A stretch of DNA of 64,000 nucleotides from an uncultured bacterium (GCA_965372795.1 CBDVDR010000014.1:23391-87390); one strand, 5' to 3'; counted from the first letter of the stretch, positions 20,127-30,822 are shown. Program-made: numbers and translations. Notes: generated from the sequence alone by a model not told the origin.

Positions 20127-23100
20127 TTAGTACGAGCTTCCTTTATCGCGTCTTTTATGCAATTTATAATAAAGCTGCTGTTGTTCGTATTCAGAAGTCA
20201 TTTCATCTACAATATCTAAATAAACTTCTTCAAGTTTTTCTTTGTCACGACAATATGACGCAATCTCTTTCAATAATTGACTTTTTTCATAATCAGATGA
20301 AATAGCCTCGATAGCATTCATAATGCTTAAAGCCAGTTCATCATCAAGTTCATTGTAGTTAATAATTTCATTCAAAGCGCGAGATTTTTCATAATCTGAA
20401 TGAAGCTCGTTAATAATTCTTAAATAGGCATCCCGTACCTGCTTATTTTCTCGGGTACAATCAGAATGTTCTAATAGAGTTTGTACAATTTCATAATCGG
20501 ATGACATATTTTCGAGCATGCTCATCATTTCGACAATCAGAGCAGCATCTTCATTACAATCATATCTTTGAGAAGTAAGCACTCTTTTCATCTCATAATC
20601 ACTGTCTAAAGTAGCACAAGCCTCAAGGACTGCTTTTTTTAGGGCTGGATCATTGCGAGAGGCATCATAGAGTTCTATAAGTAATTCCGCTTTTTCGTAA
20701 TCTGAAGACATCCCCATAGTCAGATAAATCATTTCATCAATAGTTTCCGGAGAAATGTTCCTATGGCTTAGAAGTTCGAATATGACTCTTTTCTTTTCAT
20801 AGTCCGAATCTATTCCCTCAATTGCCTGTACTAACAGTTTCTGAGATTCAGCATCTTTCAAATCCGTTGATGCCATATCAATCAGTAATTCGCTTCTATC
20901 ATAATCAGAATCCAAATCCTCAGCCATTTCTAAAATAGCTTTTAAAACCTGGTTGTTAACATTTCTAAATTCAATCGCCGATAAGGCTTGTCGCATCGAA
21001 TAATCAGATTCTATTGTTCCAACCATATCAACATAGTCAACCAGGTATTCCTCTTTAAGATCGGTATAATCCGCAAAGCTAATCAAAAATTCGCTTTTGG
21101 AATAATCAGAATCAATTTCTCGACTGGCTGCTCTGATTATGTCTCCAAATTCTTCATCAGACAAAGCTCTCAAAGACATTAACTCTTGATAATACAAGCT
21201 TTTTACATGGTTATTATCAATTTTAGTAATTTCTTTAAGTACTCCATCAACCCCGTCTTCACTATAATATTTTTGAACCCTCTTATCGACATTAACGCCG
21301 GTGTTTCTTACAAGCCTTCCAATAATCTCAGCCAGCCATTCTTGCCCTGCTTGATCAAAGTCCTGAATTTTATTTTTGATTGAATATTCATATTGAAGCT
21401 CACCATTTTTATCCGGTTCAATTTCAAGAACTGTCAATAGTTTTCCTCTACGCTGTCTGATAGAAATATACCCTCTTTTTGATATACTTTCTATTCCAGT
21501 CTCATCTTCATTAAACTCAATATCTCCATCCATTATGATGCTGGTTTTATCATCATCATCAACCCATGAGACGGTTGTTTCTCCCTTATGCCCGGTTATA
21601 ATACTAAGTCCGCTTTTTAGATAATCAAAAAATCCATTTTTGCCCGAGGAAGATGAATAAGAATATCTCAAGTGATCATCGTCATCATAAAAATAGGTCT
21701 CATTCGGTGAAGGAGCATCTGAATCTATAACGCCATCATACACAATCATCGGCATTGATGAATGTGGGGTTCTACTATTGCGTTTTGCTTTCTTTAAAGC
21801 CTTTTGGCTCTCTTCTCCCAGTTCCTGGAATATTGCCCGCATCCACTCTTTAGCATCGTCATCAAAGGTTTGCAGGCTTCCATCAACATAGTAATCATAA
21901 TCAAGATTGCCACGTCGGTTTAGTTCTATGTCGAGTTCCTTATTTGGTTCACTGCGCTTATCCCTTATTGTAACATATCCATTTTGAGATAATCTTTTAA
22001 TGTCTGAAAAATCATCGGTAAACTTTACTTTGCCACCGAGGGTAAGGCGAACTTTTTTATCATCACTTTTAACCACAACTGATGAATTGCTTGAGCTTGT
22101 CGCTAAAGTTGACCAATAAGTTCCTTGAGCAGAGCCATAGGCATAATTACTTCTTGGAGCTGACTTAGATCCTGATTCATTTGTAAACACATATCGCTGA
22201 TTTAAGGCTCCTTCAGATATATTGTTAAATGATACGTATTGACCTATCGCTGGTAATTCCGGCAAATCCGGAATCGGTGGGACATCAGGAATCGAAGGCA
22301 GTGTGCCAATTGATCTCATTGCAGGAATTGAAGGTACGGTTGGTACGGTTGGCAATTTCCTATATTCTGTTAATCTTAAATTTGATATTCTATTTCTTTC
22401 TAAATTTTTGGATCCCTCTACCTCGGTCTCACCGAAGCTTGCCTGAACATCCCGATATGACATATCTGGAAACGGTAATGATGTTGCCGGTACAAACTCT
22501 ATTGTTACCATCAGAAAAACTGTGGCAATCAAAAATGCCCCGGCTATCCATCGCAAGGAAACTTTTTGAGTACGATTTCTTTTTTTCATGAGAATCCTCT
22601 CAAACCTCTTAAATATTTGTTTTCTTCCTGTGAGTGCTCCCGGAAGTAACAAGGTTCCGGTACCCGTTGATAACTGTGACAGGCGGGTTAAACACTGAGC
22701 ATATCCGGATGGATCTCCGGTTTTAGAAATGACAATATCATCACATGCGATTTCACGTTCGAAATCAAGCTGCTTACCGATCCAATGCACGATAGGATTA
22801 AAAAATAAAACAGCTTCCAATAATTTCTGCCCAAGCTTTGCCCAATCGTCCCATCTTTGAATATGAGCCAGCTCATGACTAATAATTATTTTAAGATCAT
22901 CATCAGTCATTTTATTAATTAAATCAGTTGGGATTAATACTATCGGATTACCCAAACCGGCAGCCATTGGATAATCAATATCATCAGACAGCATTATTTT
23001 TATACTTCTGTTAGGGAGTTGTTCATTTAGGAGCAAGCGAAACCCTTGAATTTCATCAAGATCAAATAAAGTCGAGTTAGCTTTAATTTCTGTCATCTTA

Positions 23101-23642
23101 CGATAAGCCAAAATAATGCGAATCAATAAAGCCGTAAAGACAATAAACCAAACAAGAAAAATTCCGAATGGGAGCATACCTAAAAGTATAGATTTTGCCG
23201 GTTTATTATATTGAATGTCATTAAGCAATAATGAAGGATTTGTCGACCCAACAAATTGTGCATTATCACTTAAGAGAGTACGGTCTGGTGCCTCACGATT
23301 AAAGTTCAAATTCTGGATTTTACTCTGATCAGCAGTATTGACTACAATAGGTTCACTTTGTTGAGCTACAAATTGGGAACTGTTATTAGTTCCCATTTTT
23401 TTAATTTGATTAAAACTTATATCCGGAAGAGTCGGGAAATAATTTGATGATAACGGTAATATAATCGCTGCTGTTAAAACCACCCACCACACAACATATT
23501 TTGTAGCGGCATTCACTTTCTGGCTTCGCTGCCAAAACAAAAATAGAACCAGACTCAATGTCATTGCTATAACAATGCTGTAAATTCCGAAGTATAATGA
23601 TGAATGTGAGATGCTATTGAAAAGATTAAATAGTGTTTCCAT
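20127..23642 (-). CDS. BlaR1/MecR1-like M56 metallopeptidase sensor with large extracytoplasmic repeat domain
   Basis: TM segments, HELAH, FFNP.VHW, REIACDD, YAQCL; Pro-rich linker; ~10 (D/S)SDYE(K) repeats. ATG 23642 lies next to the blaI stop. Confidence 0.9.
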   Translation of the reverse strand: METLFNLFNSISHSSLYFGIYSIVIAMTLSLVLFLFWQRSQKVNAATKYVVWWVVLTAAIILPLSSNYFPTLPDISFNQIKKMGTNNSSQFVAQQSEPIVVNTADQSKIQNLNFNREAPDRTLLSDNAQFVGSTNPSLLLNDIQYNKPAKSILLGMLPFGIFLVWFIVFTALLIRIILAYRKMTEIKANSTLFDLDEIQGFRLLLNEQLPNRSIKIMLSDDIDYPMAAGLGNPIVLIPTDLINKMTDDDLKIIISHELAHIQRWDDWAKLGQKLLEAVLFFNPIVHWIGKQLDFEREIACDDIVISKTGDPSGYAQCLTRLSQLSTGTGTLLLPGALTGRKQIFKRFERILMKKRNRTQKVSLRWIAGAFLIATVFLMVTIEFVPATSLPFPDMSYRDVQASFGETEVEGSKNLERNRISNLRLTEYRKLPTVPTVPSIPAMRSIGTLPSIPDVPPIPDLPELPAIGQYVSFNNISEGALNQRYVFTNESGSKSAPRSNYAYGSAQGTYWSTLATSSSNSSVVVKSDDKKVRLTLGGKVKFTDDFSDIKRLSQNGYVTIRDKRSEPNKELDIELNRRGNLDYDYYVDGSLQTFDDDAKEWMRAIFQELGEESQKALKKAKRNSRTPHSSMPMIVYDGVIDSDAPSPNETYFYDDDDHLRYSYSSSSGKNGFFDYLKSGLSIITGHKGETTVSWVDDDDKTSIIMDGDIEFNEDETGIESISKRGYISIRQRRGKLLTVLEIEPDKNGELQYEYSIKNKIQDFDQAGQEWLAEIIGRLVRNTGVNVDKRVQKYYSEDGVDGVLKEITKIDNNHVKSLYYQELMSLRALSDEEFGDIIRAASREIDSDYSKSEFLISFADYTDLKEEYLVDYVDMVGTIESDYSMRQALSAIEFRNVNNQVLKAILEMAEDLDSDYDRSELLIDMASTDLKDAESQKLLVQAIEGIDSDYEKKRVIFELLSHRNISPETIDEMIYLTMGMSSDYEKAELLIELYDASRNDPALKKAVLEACATLDSDYEMKRVLTSQRYDCNEDAALIVEMMSMLENMSSDYEIVQTLLEHSDCTRENKQVRDAYLRIINELHSDYEKSRALNEIINYNELDDELALSIMNAIEAISSDYEKSQLLKEIASYCRDKEKLEEVYLDIVDEMTSEYEQQQLYYKLHKRRDKGSSY

Positions 23643-23643
23643 T

Positions 23644-24030
23644 TTATTTATCCTGCTCAAAATCAGTTACCATCTGTTTCAGCCGTTCCAGTTCCTCTTT
23701 GCTCATTGAATCATTTTTTAAAACACTCAATAATAAAAGCTCCGGAGAGTTATTAAAAAAATTCGAAACCATATGTTGTAATGCTTTCCCCTGCGCCTGG
23801 ATTTGGCTGACCACCGGAATATAAACATGAGCGCGACCTTTTTTGACTCTGCGGAGTTGACCTTTATCTTCAAGAATTCGCATAGTTGTTAAGACCGTGT
23901 TATATGCGGGTCGATCATTTTCCGGTAGAGCTTCAATAACGGCATTAACGGTTGCTTCTGTAAGTTTCCAAATTACCTTCATTAGCTTCAGTTCGGCTTC
24001 GGTTAAAGTTGGAGATTTTTTTCGTGGCAT
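23644..24030 (-). CDS. BlaI/MecI/CopY family transcriptional repressor
   Basis: LTEAELKLMKVIW, AYNTVLTTMRILEDKG, GRAHVY; directly upstream of the M56 gene. Confidence 0.95.
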   Translation of the reverse strand: MPRKKSPTLTEAELKLMKVIWKLTEATVNAVIEALPENDRPAYNTVLTTMRILEDKGQLRRVKKGRAHVYIPVVSQIQAQGKALQHMVSNFFNNSPELLLLSVLKNDSMSKEELERLKQMVTDFEQDK

Positions 24031-24050
24031 ATATTTCCTCCTCGGCTAAC

Positions 24051-24118
24051 TCTTAATTTATTAGGACTTAAATATATATACGGGCAACTTTAAAAAAGGT
24101 TCAACTAATTAATTAGTT
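24051..24118. promoter_or_regulatory. two candidate BlaI-family operators
   Basis: Perfect palindrome AACTAATTAATTAGTT (24103-24118) and near-palindrome TCTTAATTTATTAGGA (24051-24066) upstream of blaI. Confidence 0.55.
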
Positions 24119-24199
24119 TTTTCGTTACTTGAAGATTAATTTATGTTATATTACTATATAGCAATAGCATAAGGCAGATATAAATTTTGTTAGGAAAAT

Positions 24200-26302
24200 T
24201 TAGACAGATTGGTTTTGTCGTTTTTTCTCATCCAACAAACGACAACCCTCAATCAGAATTAAGTCATTTGGTAATTCATTGTTAGGAATCGGCAGTTTCT
24301 CACTATCAATCGGATCAATACTCCAGACGCCTTTTTCCCATTCTATGGCATCATAGACAGCATCGGCGCCGACTTTATCTTCACATTCAGCATAGGTTAT
24401 TTGCCCCTGATCAAGATAAATCAGAAGTTGCTTCCCGGCTCCGGTCACACTTAATGAGACTGTTTTTTTACTGCAGCCCATCATTTGAAGGAGATCAATA
24501 AGGTTCATATTTTCTAATGAACCATGAGTTCCTAACTCCTGAATAACATTGAGCCTTTGGCTTACTTCACTTCTTTTTCTACTTCTAATTCGATTAATTT
24601 TTATCATCAATTGATCAATATCATTATCAACATTAAAGATATCTTCAACCCCGATTTTTAATAGTCCGTTTAATTCGCTAATATTTTTTGAGTCGGTTAA
24701 TAAAAGCATCGGTAGGCTATCAAAGGAAATACCGCTGACAACTAAACTACTGAAGAAGTCGATTATATTCTTTTCTTCATTATTATTTACAATCAATGCA
24801 ATATCAGGCTGGCGATCTTCTAATTTTCTTATAAAAGTTTCCTTCGAATCTGTAAAGGTAACACTGAATCCAAAATTATGTAAACAATTCTCAAGCATAT
24901 ATATATCACTGCCTGATTCATCATAAACCAAAACTAAAAATGAACCATCCTTTTCAGGTATAGCTACTAATTCCCTCCTGAGTAATCCAATAAATGTTTC
25001 GACTATTATTGGTAAAAATAGTTTCCCAGAGAGGCTTTTTAAATTCTTTTTGACATTATCAAATTGTTCAATACTTATTTTCAAACTTTCCGAGTAATTT
25101 TTATAGAAAAAATCAACAATCGTCAAAATATTACTTCCCAGAACTTTAAGCGGGAGATGCTGAAAGTGATGTTCATTAATCTCTCGATACATATTTCTAA
25201 GAATTGACAATACTGGCGCAGGAAAATCGGTAACATCAAATTTACCACTCGACATATATGAAAGTTTATTTTCCCAACTGGAATTTTCAGTTCGACCGGT
25301 ATACATCAAAGAAAGTTCATATAAATAAGCAGCATTCATAATATGAATCTGGTCGCAACCGCTAATCTTTAGTGATTTACATATAGATTTAACAAACTTA
25401 ACAATATTATTATTTATCTGTTCGTTTTTTTGATCAGCAAAAAGAATTGTTGTTAAAAATTTATAATTTTGTTCAAGTAACTCACTCATCTGACTTGATA
25501 ACTTTTTGTGAAATAAAATATCTTTTAAAGTACCATAAGTTTGAATATTAATAGACGGTGAGACAACTCTAATTTTATCTGAAAGATCTTTAATCAAGTG
25601 TTTTTCATTACGATCATGAATTAAAACCAAAATCACTTTTTCTTTGTTAACAAGTTGTTTCGCCTCTTCTATATCTGCGATCAAAAAGACATTATACCCT
25701 TCAGTAATTAAAGATTCACTTAATTCCTTTTCAAAAGTAACATCCCCGGTAACTATGAGTATAGATTCAGTACTATCGGATAAGTTAGCTTCCATTTTAA
25801 AATATTGATCTATTGAAAGAAAGTTTTTTTCAACTTGAAGGCTCTTTCCTTCATTTGAATTTGATGCCGCCAGTTGGACTCGATATTTATCTAAAATTGC
25901 ACAATTAAGAAATGACGGAATCGCCATAAAGAATTCAACGATATAATCTTTTAGACTTAACTGTAAAACATCTTTCATTTTTGAATCAAAGGGATTGATA
26001 CAGGCCACACTGACTGTTTTAGAAGAAATATCGTAATTAAAAGGAAGCACCTTATTATTCCAGGCGGTAGCTGCCGGAATAAAATCAAGAACATTTTGAG
26101 GGATATCAATATTTTTGATATTTACAGTTTTACATCCAAAGGCCTGCTCAATAATGCCTAAAATCTGTTCGGGTTCAATAAATTTTGAACGAATCAGAAA
26201 ATCATAAATATCTTGACCACCATTATTAATATAATCATATGAACCATCAAATTGGCTCTGATTGATTAACCCTTCTGTTTTTAATCTTTCAAGTAAATTC
26301 AA
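24200..26302 (-). CDS. GSPII_N/MshEN-like + degenerate REC/HD + DUF4388 domain protein
   Basis: N-terminal IP...A....VLPF..VAC.NP.D; C-terminal GSLENMNLIDLLQM..LIYLDQGQITYAE..G.DAVY..I.WEKG..LILIEG.RLLDE. Confidence 0.7.
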   Translation of the reverse strand: MNLLERLKTEGLINQSQFDGSYDYINNGGQDIYDFLIRSKFIEPEQILGIIEQAFGCKTVNIKNIDIPQNVLDFIPAATAWNNKVLPFNYDISSKTVSVACINPFDSKMKDVLQLSLKDYIVEFFMAIPSFLNCAILDKYRVQLAASNSNEGKSLQVEKNFLSIDQYFKMEANLSDSTESILIVTGDVTFEKELSESLITEGYNVFLIADIEEAKQLVNKEKVILVLIHDRNEKHLIKDLSDKIRVVSPSINIQTYGTLKDILFHKKLSSQMSELLEQNYKFLTTILFADQKNEQINNNIVKFVKSICKSLKISGCDQIHIMNAAYLYELSLMYTGRTENSSWENKLSYMSSGKFDVTDFPAPVLSILRNMYREINEHHFQHLPLKVLGSNILTIVDFFYKNYSESLKISIEQFDNVKKNLKSLSGKLFLPIIVETFIGLLRRELVAIPEKDGSFLVLVYDESGSDIYMLENCLHNFGFSVTFTDSKETFIRKLEDRQPDIALIVNNNEEKNIIDFFSSLVVSGISFDSLPMLLLTDSKNISELNGLLKIGVEDIFNVDNDIDQLMIKINRIRSRKRSEVSQRLNVIQELGTHGSLENMNLIDLLQMMGCSKKTVSLSVTGAGKQLLIYLDQGQITYAECEDKVGADAVYDAIEWEKGVWSIDPIDSEKLPIPNNELPNDLILIEGCRLLDEKKRQNQSV

Positions 26303-26880
26303 ACTATTCCCTTTCAGGAAATTTCTTTAATTCTGTTGATCAAAAAATATGAACCAGGACCTGTCATATATTTAAATATATTCGGTCAAATTTTCCGGTA
26401 GAATAGGAAGTTACAAGAAATTAGTCATTAATTGAACAGTTGCAGATTATTTTGATTTATAAACCCTCAAAGAAACTTTAATCTTAAAAGAATGAACACT
26501 ATATTAAAATAAGGCATGGGTGGAAATTAAATTTGAAGCCAATCCGTGTTTTCTTTTAATGAATTCAAAAGACCTTGGATAATCAAAAACAGGCTAAAAA
26601 AATGAATATTTTTGGTACCTTTTGAAACATACACCCTGAGCAGACTCATATAAACGAACCATTGTTTTTCTTTGTTTAGTCTTTTTAAGTAAATAATATT
26701 TTATTAATATTATTTTATCTTTTATTCATTTTTTTGTAAACCTTTCAATATTTCTATCGTAATAAAATCAGACCCCGGGGAAATTTCGGGAGAGTCGAAT
26801 TCTAGAATGATTCTCTCTGAAAAAAATGTTAGTTTTTGAAACTGTACATGTTTCAAAAATGTGATTTAAAGGGGTTTGTA

Positions 26881-29280
26881 ATGATTATAGATTTTAAGAT
26901 TAGTACACAAAGAAGGGTTACGCCTTATTTAAGTGTACTAATAGTGCTAATGTTGGCAGTTAACTCTTTTGCATCTCTTCAACCCGTTTATAAACCGCAT
27001 ATGAATGTTATTAAAACTGAATTTCCAATTAAAATTGACGGGAAAATCAATGATCTTGAATGGGAAGGTGCAACTTCAATTACATCATTTTTTGAAAGAG
27101 ATCCGGGAGAAAACATTGCTCCACAAGTAAATACTGAAACATTTATTACATATGATGATAATAATCTATATGTAAGTTTTAAATGTTATGATGATCCTTC
27201 GACTATTCGAGCATCATTGACTCAGCGGGATCAATACTCCGGGAATGATGAAGTTGGCGTTTTTATTGACACGTATGGTGATGCTTCGGTAGCATACATG
27301 CTGTTTGTAAATCCTTTAGGAATTCAAAAAGATTTATTATGGAATTCAATAACAGGTAGTGATACCGGCTATGATTTAATATGGGAATCCTCAGCTGAAA
27401 TAACAGATTTTGGTTATCAGGTTGAAATGGCAATTCCTTTTTCAAGTTTCAGATTTCCAAACAAAGATGTACAGTCATGGAAAATTGATTTTAGAAGAAA
27501 CCATCCGCGAGAAAGTTATCATGAGTACGCCTGGGCAGCTCACGACAGGAATGAACAATGTGGTCCTTGCCAGTGGGGAACTATTGATGGAATAACTTCT
27601 GTTAAGCCCGGTAAAGGTATCGAATTTTTGCCAGCATATGTCGGCAATCAGAATCATGAATTTAATGGTAATAGCTTAGAGAATTTAGGCTTTGAAAGTG
27701 AAGTTTCCCTGACTGGAAAATATGCAATCAACTCAGATGTAACTCTTGAAGGATCCATCAATCCTGATTTTTCACAAATTGAAGCAGATGCTGCTCAGAT
27801 AGATGTTAACAGCACATTCAGTTTGTTCTTCCCCGAAAGACGTCCTTTTTTCCAGGAAGGTGCGGATATTTTTAGAACTATGTTTAATTCGTTTTATACC
27901 AGAACAATTTTTGATCCTCAATACGTTGCCAAATTAACCGGTCGACCGGGTAAATTCCGGTTTGGATTTATTTCTGCTTATGATGACTCTTCTGCTTATA
28001 TAATACCTCTTGAAGAAAGTGATATTACTTTCAAAGCCAGTAAAAGTTATGTAAATGTATTGCGCGGTTTAAAATCTATTGGTCAAAATTCACGAGTTGG
28101 CTTTATGCTTAACGACCGTCGATATGAAGGTGAGGAAGGATCTAATACTATTTTTGCACTTGATGGTGATTTTAGCATAACAAGATCCCTCAGATATGAT
28201 ATGCAGGTTATTTATTCTTATACTAAAGAAGGGTCTGGTGATATAATACCTTATGACACTTTAATAAATGTAGATACCCTTTGGAACAATGGTTCCGTTT
28301 CGGAAATTGATAGTACCTACGAAGTAACCAAATTTGATTATGATGGTGATTATACTTTAAATTTTGACGATGAGTCGTATGGCGGGATTGCTATGATTTC
28401 AAGATTAAGGTATGCAACCAGAAATTTATTTATTCAAGCTGGCTATAACCAACTTGATCCAACCTATAGAACTCTTACGGGATATGATCCGGTAAACAAT
28501 CACCGTTCGGCAGACTTTTATACACAATATACTATTTTCCTAAATGAAGGATTGTTTGAAAGAATAACTCCTCAAGCATCAGGGTTTAACCGTTGGAATA
28601 AGCAATCCGGTGAGAAAAAAAATGAGAATTTTAATCTTGGTATAAATACAAATCTTAGACTGGCTCAAACATCGGTCAATATAAATATTGATAATAATTC
28701 AGAAATTTATGCAAATAAATCATACGATGACATGAAAAATATAAACTTGAGTGTGAATACTCAGGTTAGCAGCAATTTAGGGCTATATGCATCAGCCAGT
28801 TTTGGTGAAGGAATTGCTCGCGGAACAAATTTGTTGAGTGACAGAAATTCATTAAGTACCGGTTTTGAATTAAAACCGATTGATAATTTAAATATCGAAC
28901 CAAGCATCAGATTCGTTCGTGGCCTTGATAATGAAAATTCTGATGTTGAACTTTTTAAACAAATTGTGGCAAGAACAAGAGTGAGTTGGCAAGTAAACCG
29001 TAAACTTTCACTTCGTTTGATTGGCCAATTTGTTGACTCAAAAAATTCTTTTGATATTGGTGAGTCCGAATATGGAATAACAAAAGGCAAATCTTTTGAT
29101 ATTGACCCATTGGTTACTTACCGGCTTAATCCGTTTACTGTCTTTTATCTGGGCATGGTAAATAATTATGTTAAAGGGACCTATACTGAAAACTTAAATC
29201 AATATAATCTTTACTCTTATGATACCAGAGAAAACCAGCGGAAGTTTTTCTTTAAACTGCAATATCTTTTCCAAACTTAA
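26881..29280 (+). CDS. CBM9-like sugar-binding domain + DUF5916 outer-membrane protein
   Basis: IKIDG...EW, YDDNNLYV, EMAIPF..FRF, NPDFSQIEAD, FFPERRPFF.EG, C-terminal FFKLQYLF. Start uncertain (26836-26881). Confidence 0.8.
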   Translation: MIIDFKISTQRRVTPYLSVLIVLMLAVNSFASLQPVYKPHMNVIKTEFPIKIDGKINDLEWEGATSITSFFERDPGENIAPQVNTETFITYDDNNLYVSFKCYDDPSTIRASLTQRDQYSGNDEVGVFIDTYGDASVAYMLFVNPLGIQKDLLWNSITGSDTGYDLIWESSAEITDFGYQVEMAIPFSSFRFPNKDVQSWKIDFRRNHPRESYHEYAWAAHDRNEQCGPCQWGTIDGITSVKPGKGIEFLPAYVGNQNHEFNGNSLENLGFESEVSLTGKYAINSDVTLEGSINPDFSQIEADAAQIDVNSTFSLFFPERRPFFQEGADIFRTMFNSFYTRTIFDPQYVAKLTGRPGKFRFGFISAYDDSSAYIIPLEESDITFKASKSYVNVLRGLKSIGQNSRVGFMLNDRRYEGEEGSNTIFALDGDFSITRSLRYDMQVIYSYTKEGSGDIIPYDTLINVDTLWNNGSVSEIDSTYEVTKFDYDGDYTLNFDDESYGGIAMISRLRYATRNLFIQAGYNQLDPTYRTLTGYDPVNNHRSADFYTQYTIFLNEGLFERITPQASGFNRWNKQSGEKKNENFNLGINTNLRLAQTSVNINIDNNSEIYANKSYDDMKNINLSVNTQVSSNLGLYASASFGEGIARGTNLLSDRNSLSTGFELKPIDNLNIEPSIRFVRGLDNENSDVELFKQIVARTRVSWQVNRKLSLRLIGQFVDSKNSFDIGESEYGITKGKSFDIDPLVTYRLNPFTVFYLGMVNNYVKGTYTENLNQYNLYSYDTRENQRKFFFKLQYLFQT

Positions 29281-29305
29281 CGTACTCCCTCTCATTTTTT
29301 TATAT

Positions 29306-29339
29306 AAAACCCGGATTGATTATCAGTTCGGGTTTTTTT
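29306..29339 (+). terminator. intrinsic terminator
   Basis: AACCCGGATTGAT-t-ATCAGTTCGGGTT followed by a T run. Confidence 0.75.
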
Positions 29340-29396
29340 ATTGCAAGTATGCCGTAGTTCATATAATTTTCTTTAACTTTTAATCGGAGATACTAA

Positions 29397-30497
29397 TTGA
29401 ATATTCTTGCAATGGAACCGTTTTATGGCGGTAGCCATAAAGCCTTTCTTGATGGTTGGATCAAACACAGTAACCATCGATGGAACCTGCTTACCCTTCC
29501 GGACATAAAATGGAAATGGCGGATGCGACATTCAGCAATAACTTTTGCCGAACAAGCCAACCATTTATGGGAAAAAGGTCAGCGATGGGATTTAATATTT
29601 TGTTCTGACATGTTGAATCTTGCTGAATTTTATGGATTAACTAATAATCATATACAGAAAATTCCTTCTGTAATATATTTCCATGAAAATCAATTAACTT
29701 ACCCGGTAAGAAAAAATGAAGAACGAGACTATCACTTTGCAATGATTAACTTTACTTCATGTTTAAAAGCAGATCAAATTTGGTTTAATTCAAATTTTCA
29801 TCGCAATTCATTTTTGACTGCCTTAAAAATATTTTTGGAAAGAATGCCCGATAATAAACATCTTGATAGAATTAAAGAGATTGAAGATAAATCTATAATA
29901 TGTTCTCCCGGAATAGAAAAAATAAAACTGAAAAAGAAAAAGCAGACAAAGCCGGTTCACATTATTTGGGCAGCCAGATGGGAACATGACAAAAATCCGG
30001 AAGATTTTTTTACAGCTCTCAAAACAATTAAAGGTAAAGGAATTCAGTTCAAATTATCAGTAATAGGTCAACAATATAGTAATTCACCCTCTATTTTTTC
30101 AGAAGCAAAAACATATTTTAAAAACGAAATTGTTAATTGGGGATATCAAAACAGCTATTCTGAGTATATAACTGCCCTTTCAGAGGCTGATATCTTAGTT
30201 TCTACAGCAAATCATGAATTTTTCGGCATTTCGGTCATAGAAGCCGTCGCACAGGAGGTTTTTCCTATTCTACCAAATAGATTATCCTACCCTGAACTTT
30301 TTCCTTATGATAAATTTGAAGAGTGTTACTATAATAATAGTATTAAAGACCTAATCAACAAACTACTCCAAGTTATTGACCTACACAGCGTTGGCAGAAT
30401 ATCCTTAGATCCGGGAAAATTCAGCGAACAGATTTCACCTTTTTTCTGGATTCAACAAACTCCAATTTTTGATAAATTATTATCTTCTCAGCAATAA
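29397..30497 (+). CDS. DUF3524/GT4 glycosyltransferase (GTDC1/QTMAN-like)
   Basis: EPFYGGSH, WKWRMR, YFHENQL.YP, RWEHDKNP, STANHEFFG. Confidence 0.85.
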   Translation: MNILAMEPFYGGSHKAFLDGWIKHSNHRWNLLTLPDIKWKWRMRHSAITFAEQANHLWEKGQRWDLIFCSDMLNLAEFYGLTNNHIQKIPSVIYFHENQLTYPVRKNEERDYHFAMINFTSCLKADQIWFNSNFHRNSFLTALKIFLERMPDNKHLDRIKEIEDKSIICSPGIEKIKLKKKKQTKPVHIIWAARWEHDKNPEDFFTALKTIKGKGIQFKLSVIGQQYSNSPSIFSEAKTYFKNEIVNWGYQNSYSEYITALSEADILVSTANHEFFGISVIEAVAQEVFPILPNRLSYPELFPYDKFEECYYNNSIKDLINKLLQVIDLHSVGRISLDPGKFSEQISPFFWIQQTPIFDKLLSSQQ

Positions 30498-30755
30498 AAG
30501 TAAATCAATGAACTTTTTTTCACAATATGGCTAATTTTTATATGACAGTTGTTGACTCAACACTTTGAAACAAATATACTTTACACGTTCGCGCAGTTAT
30601 TACAACAAGTGGATACAGTGATATTAAAATTGAAAAAATAACTTTTTATTAAGTATGCGAATAATAGATATAATAATCTAATTTATTGTTTAAATAAAGA
30701 AATGGAGGTTCTATAGTAAATTTCGTTATTTTTTTTATAAGACAGCAAAGAGCAC

Positions 30756-30784
30756 ATCAACATGAATGTTGATTTTATCAACAT
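30756..30784. promoter_or_regulatory. overlapping inverted repeats, candidate TF operator
   Basis: ATCAACAT-ga-ATGTTGAT-ttt-ATCAACAT, ~40 nt upstream of the start codon. Confidence 0.45.
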
Positions 30785-30822
30785 AAAAAAATTACTCATC
30801 GAGTTTACAAATGGAGGATGGA

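Noticed and set aside
26302..26836. Riboswitch or small ORF in the long divergent intergenic region
   Set aside because: I found only one hairpin (~26785-26822) and a featureless ~40-codon ORF; no recognisable aptamer.
30769..30781. FNR box
   Set aside because: The spacing is TTGAT-N3-ATCAA, not the required N4.
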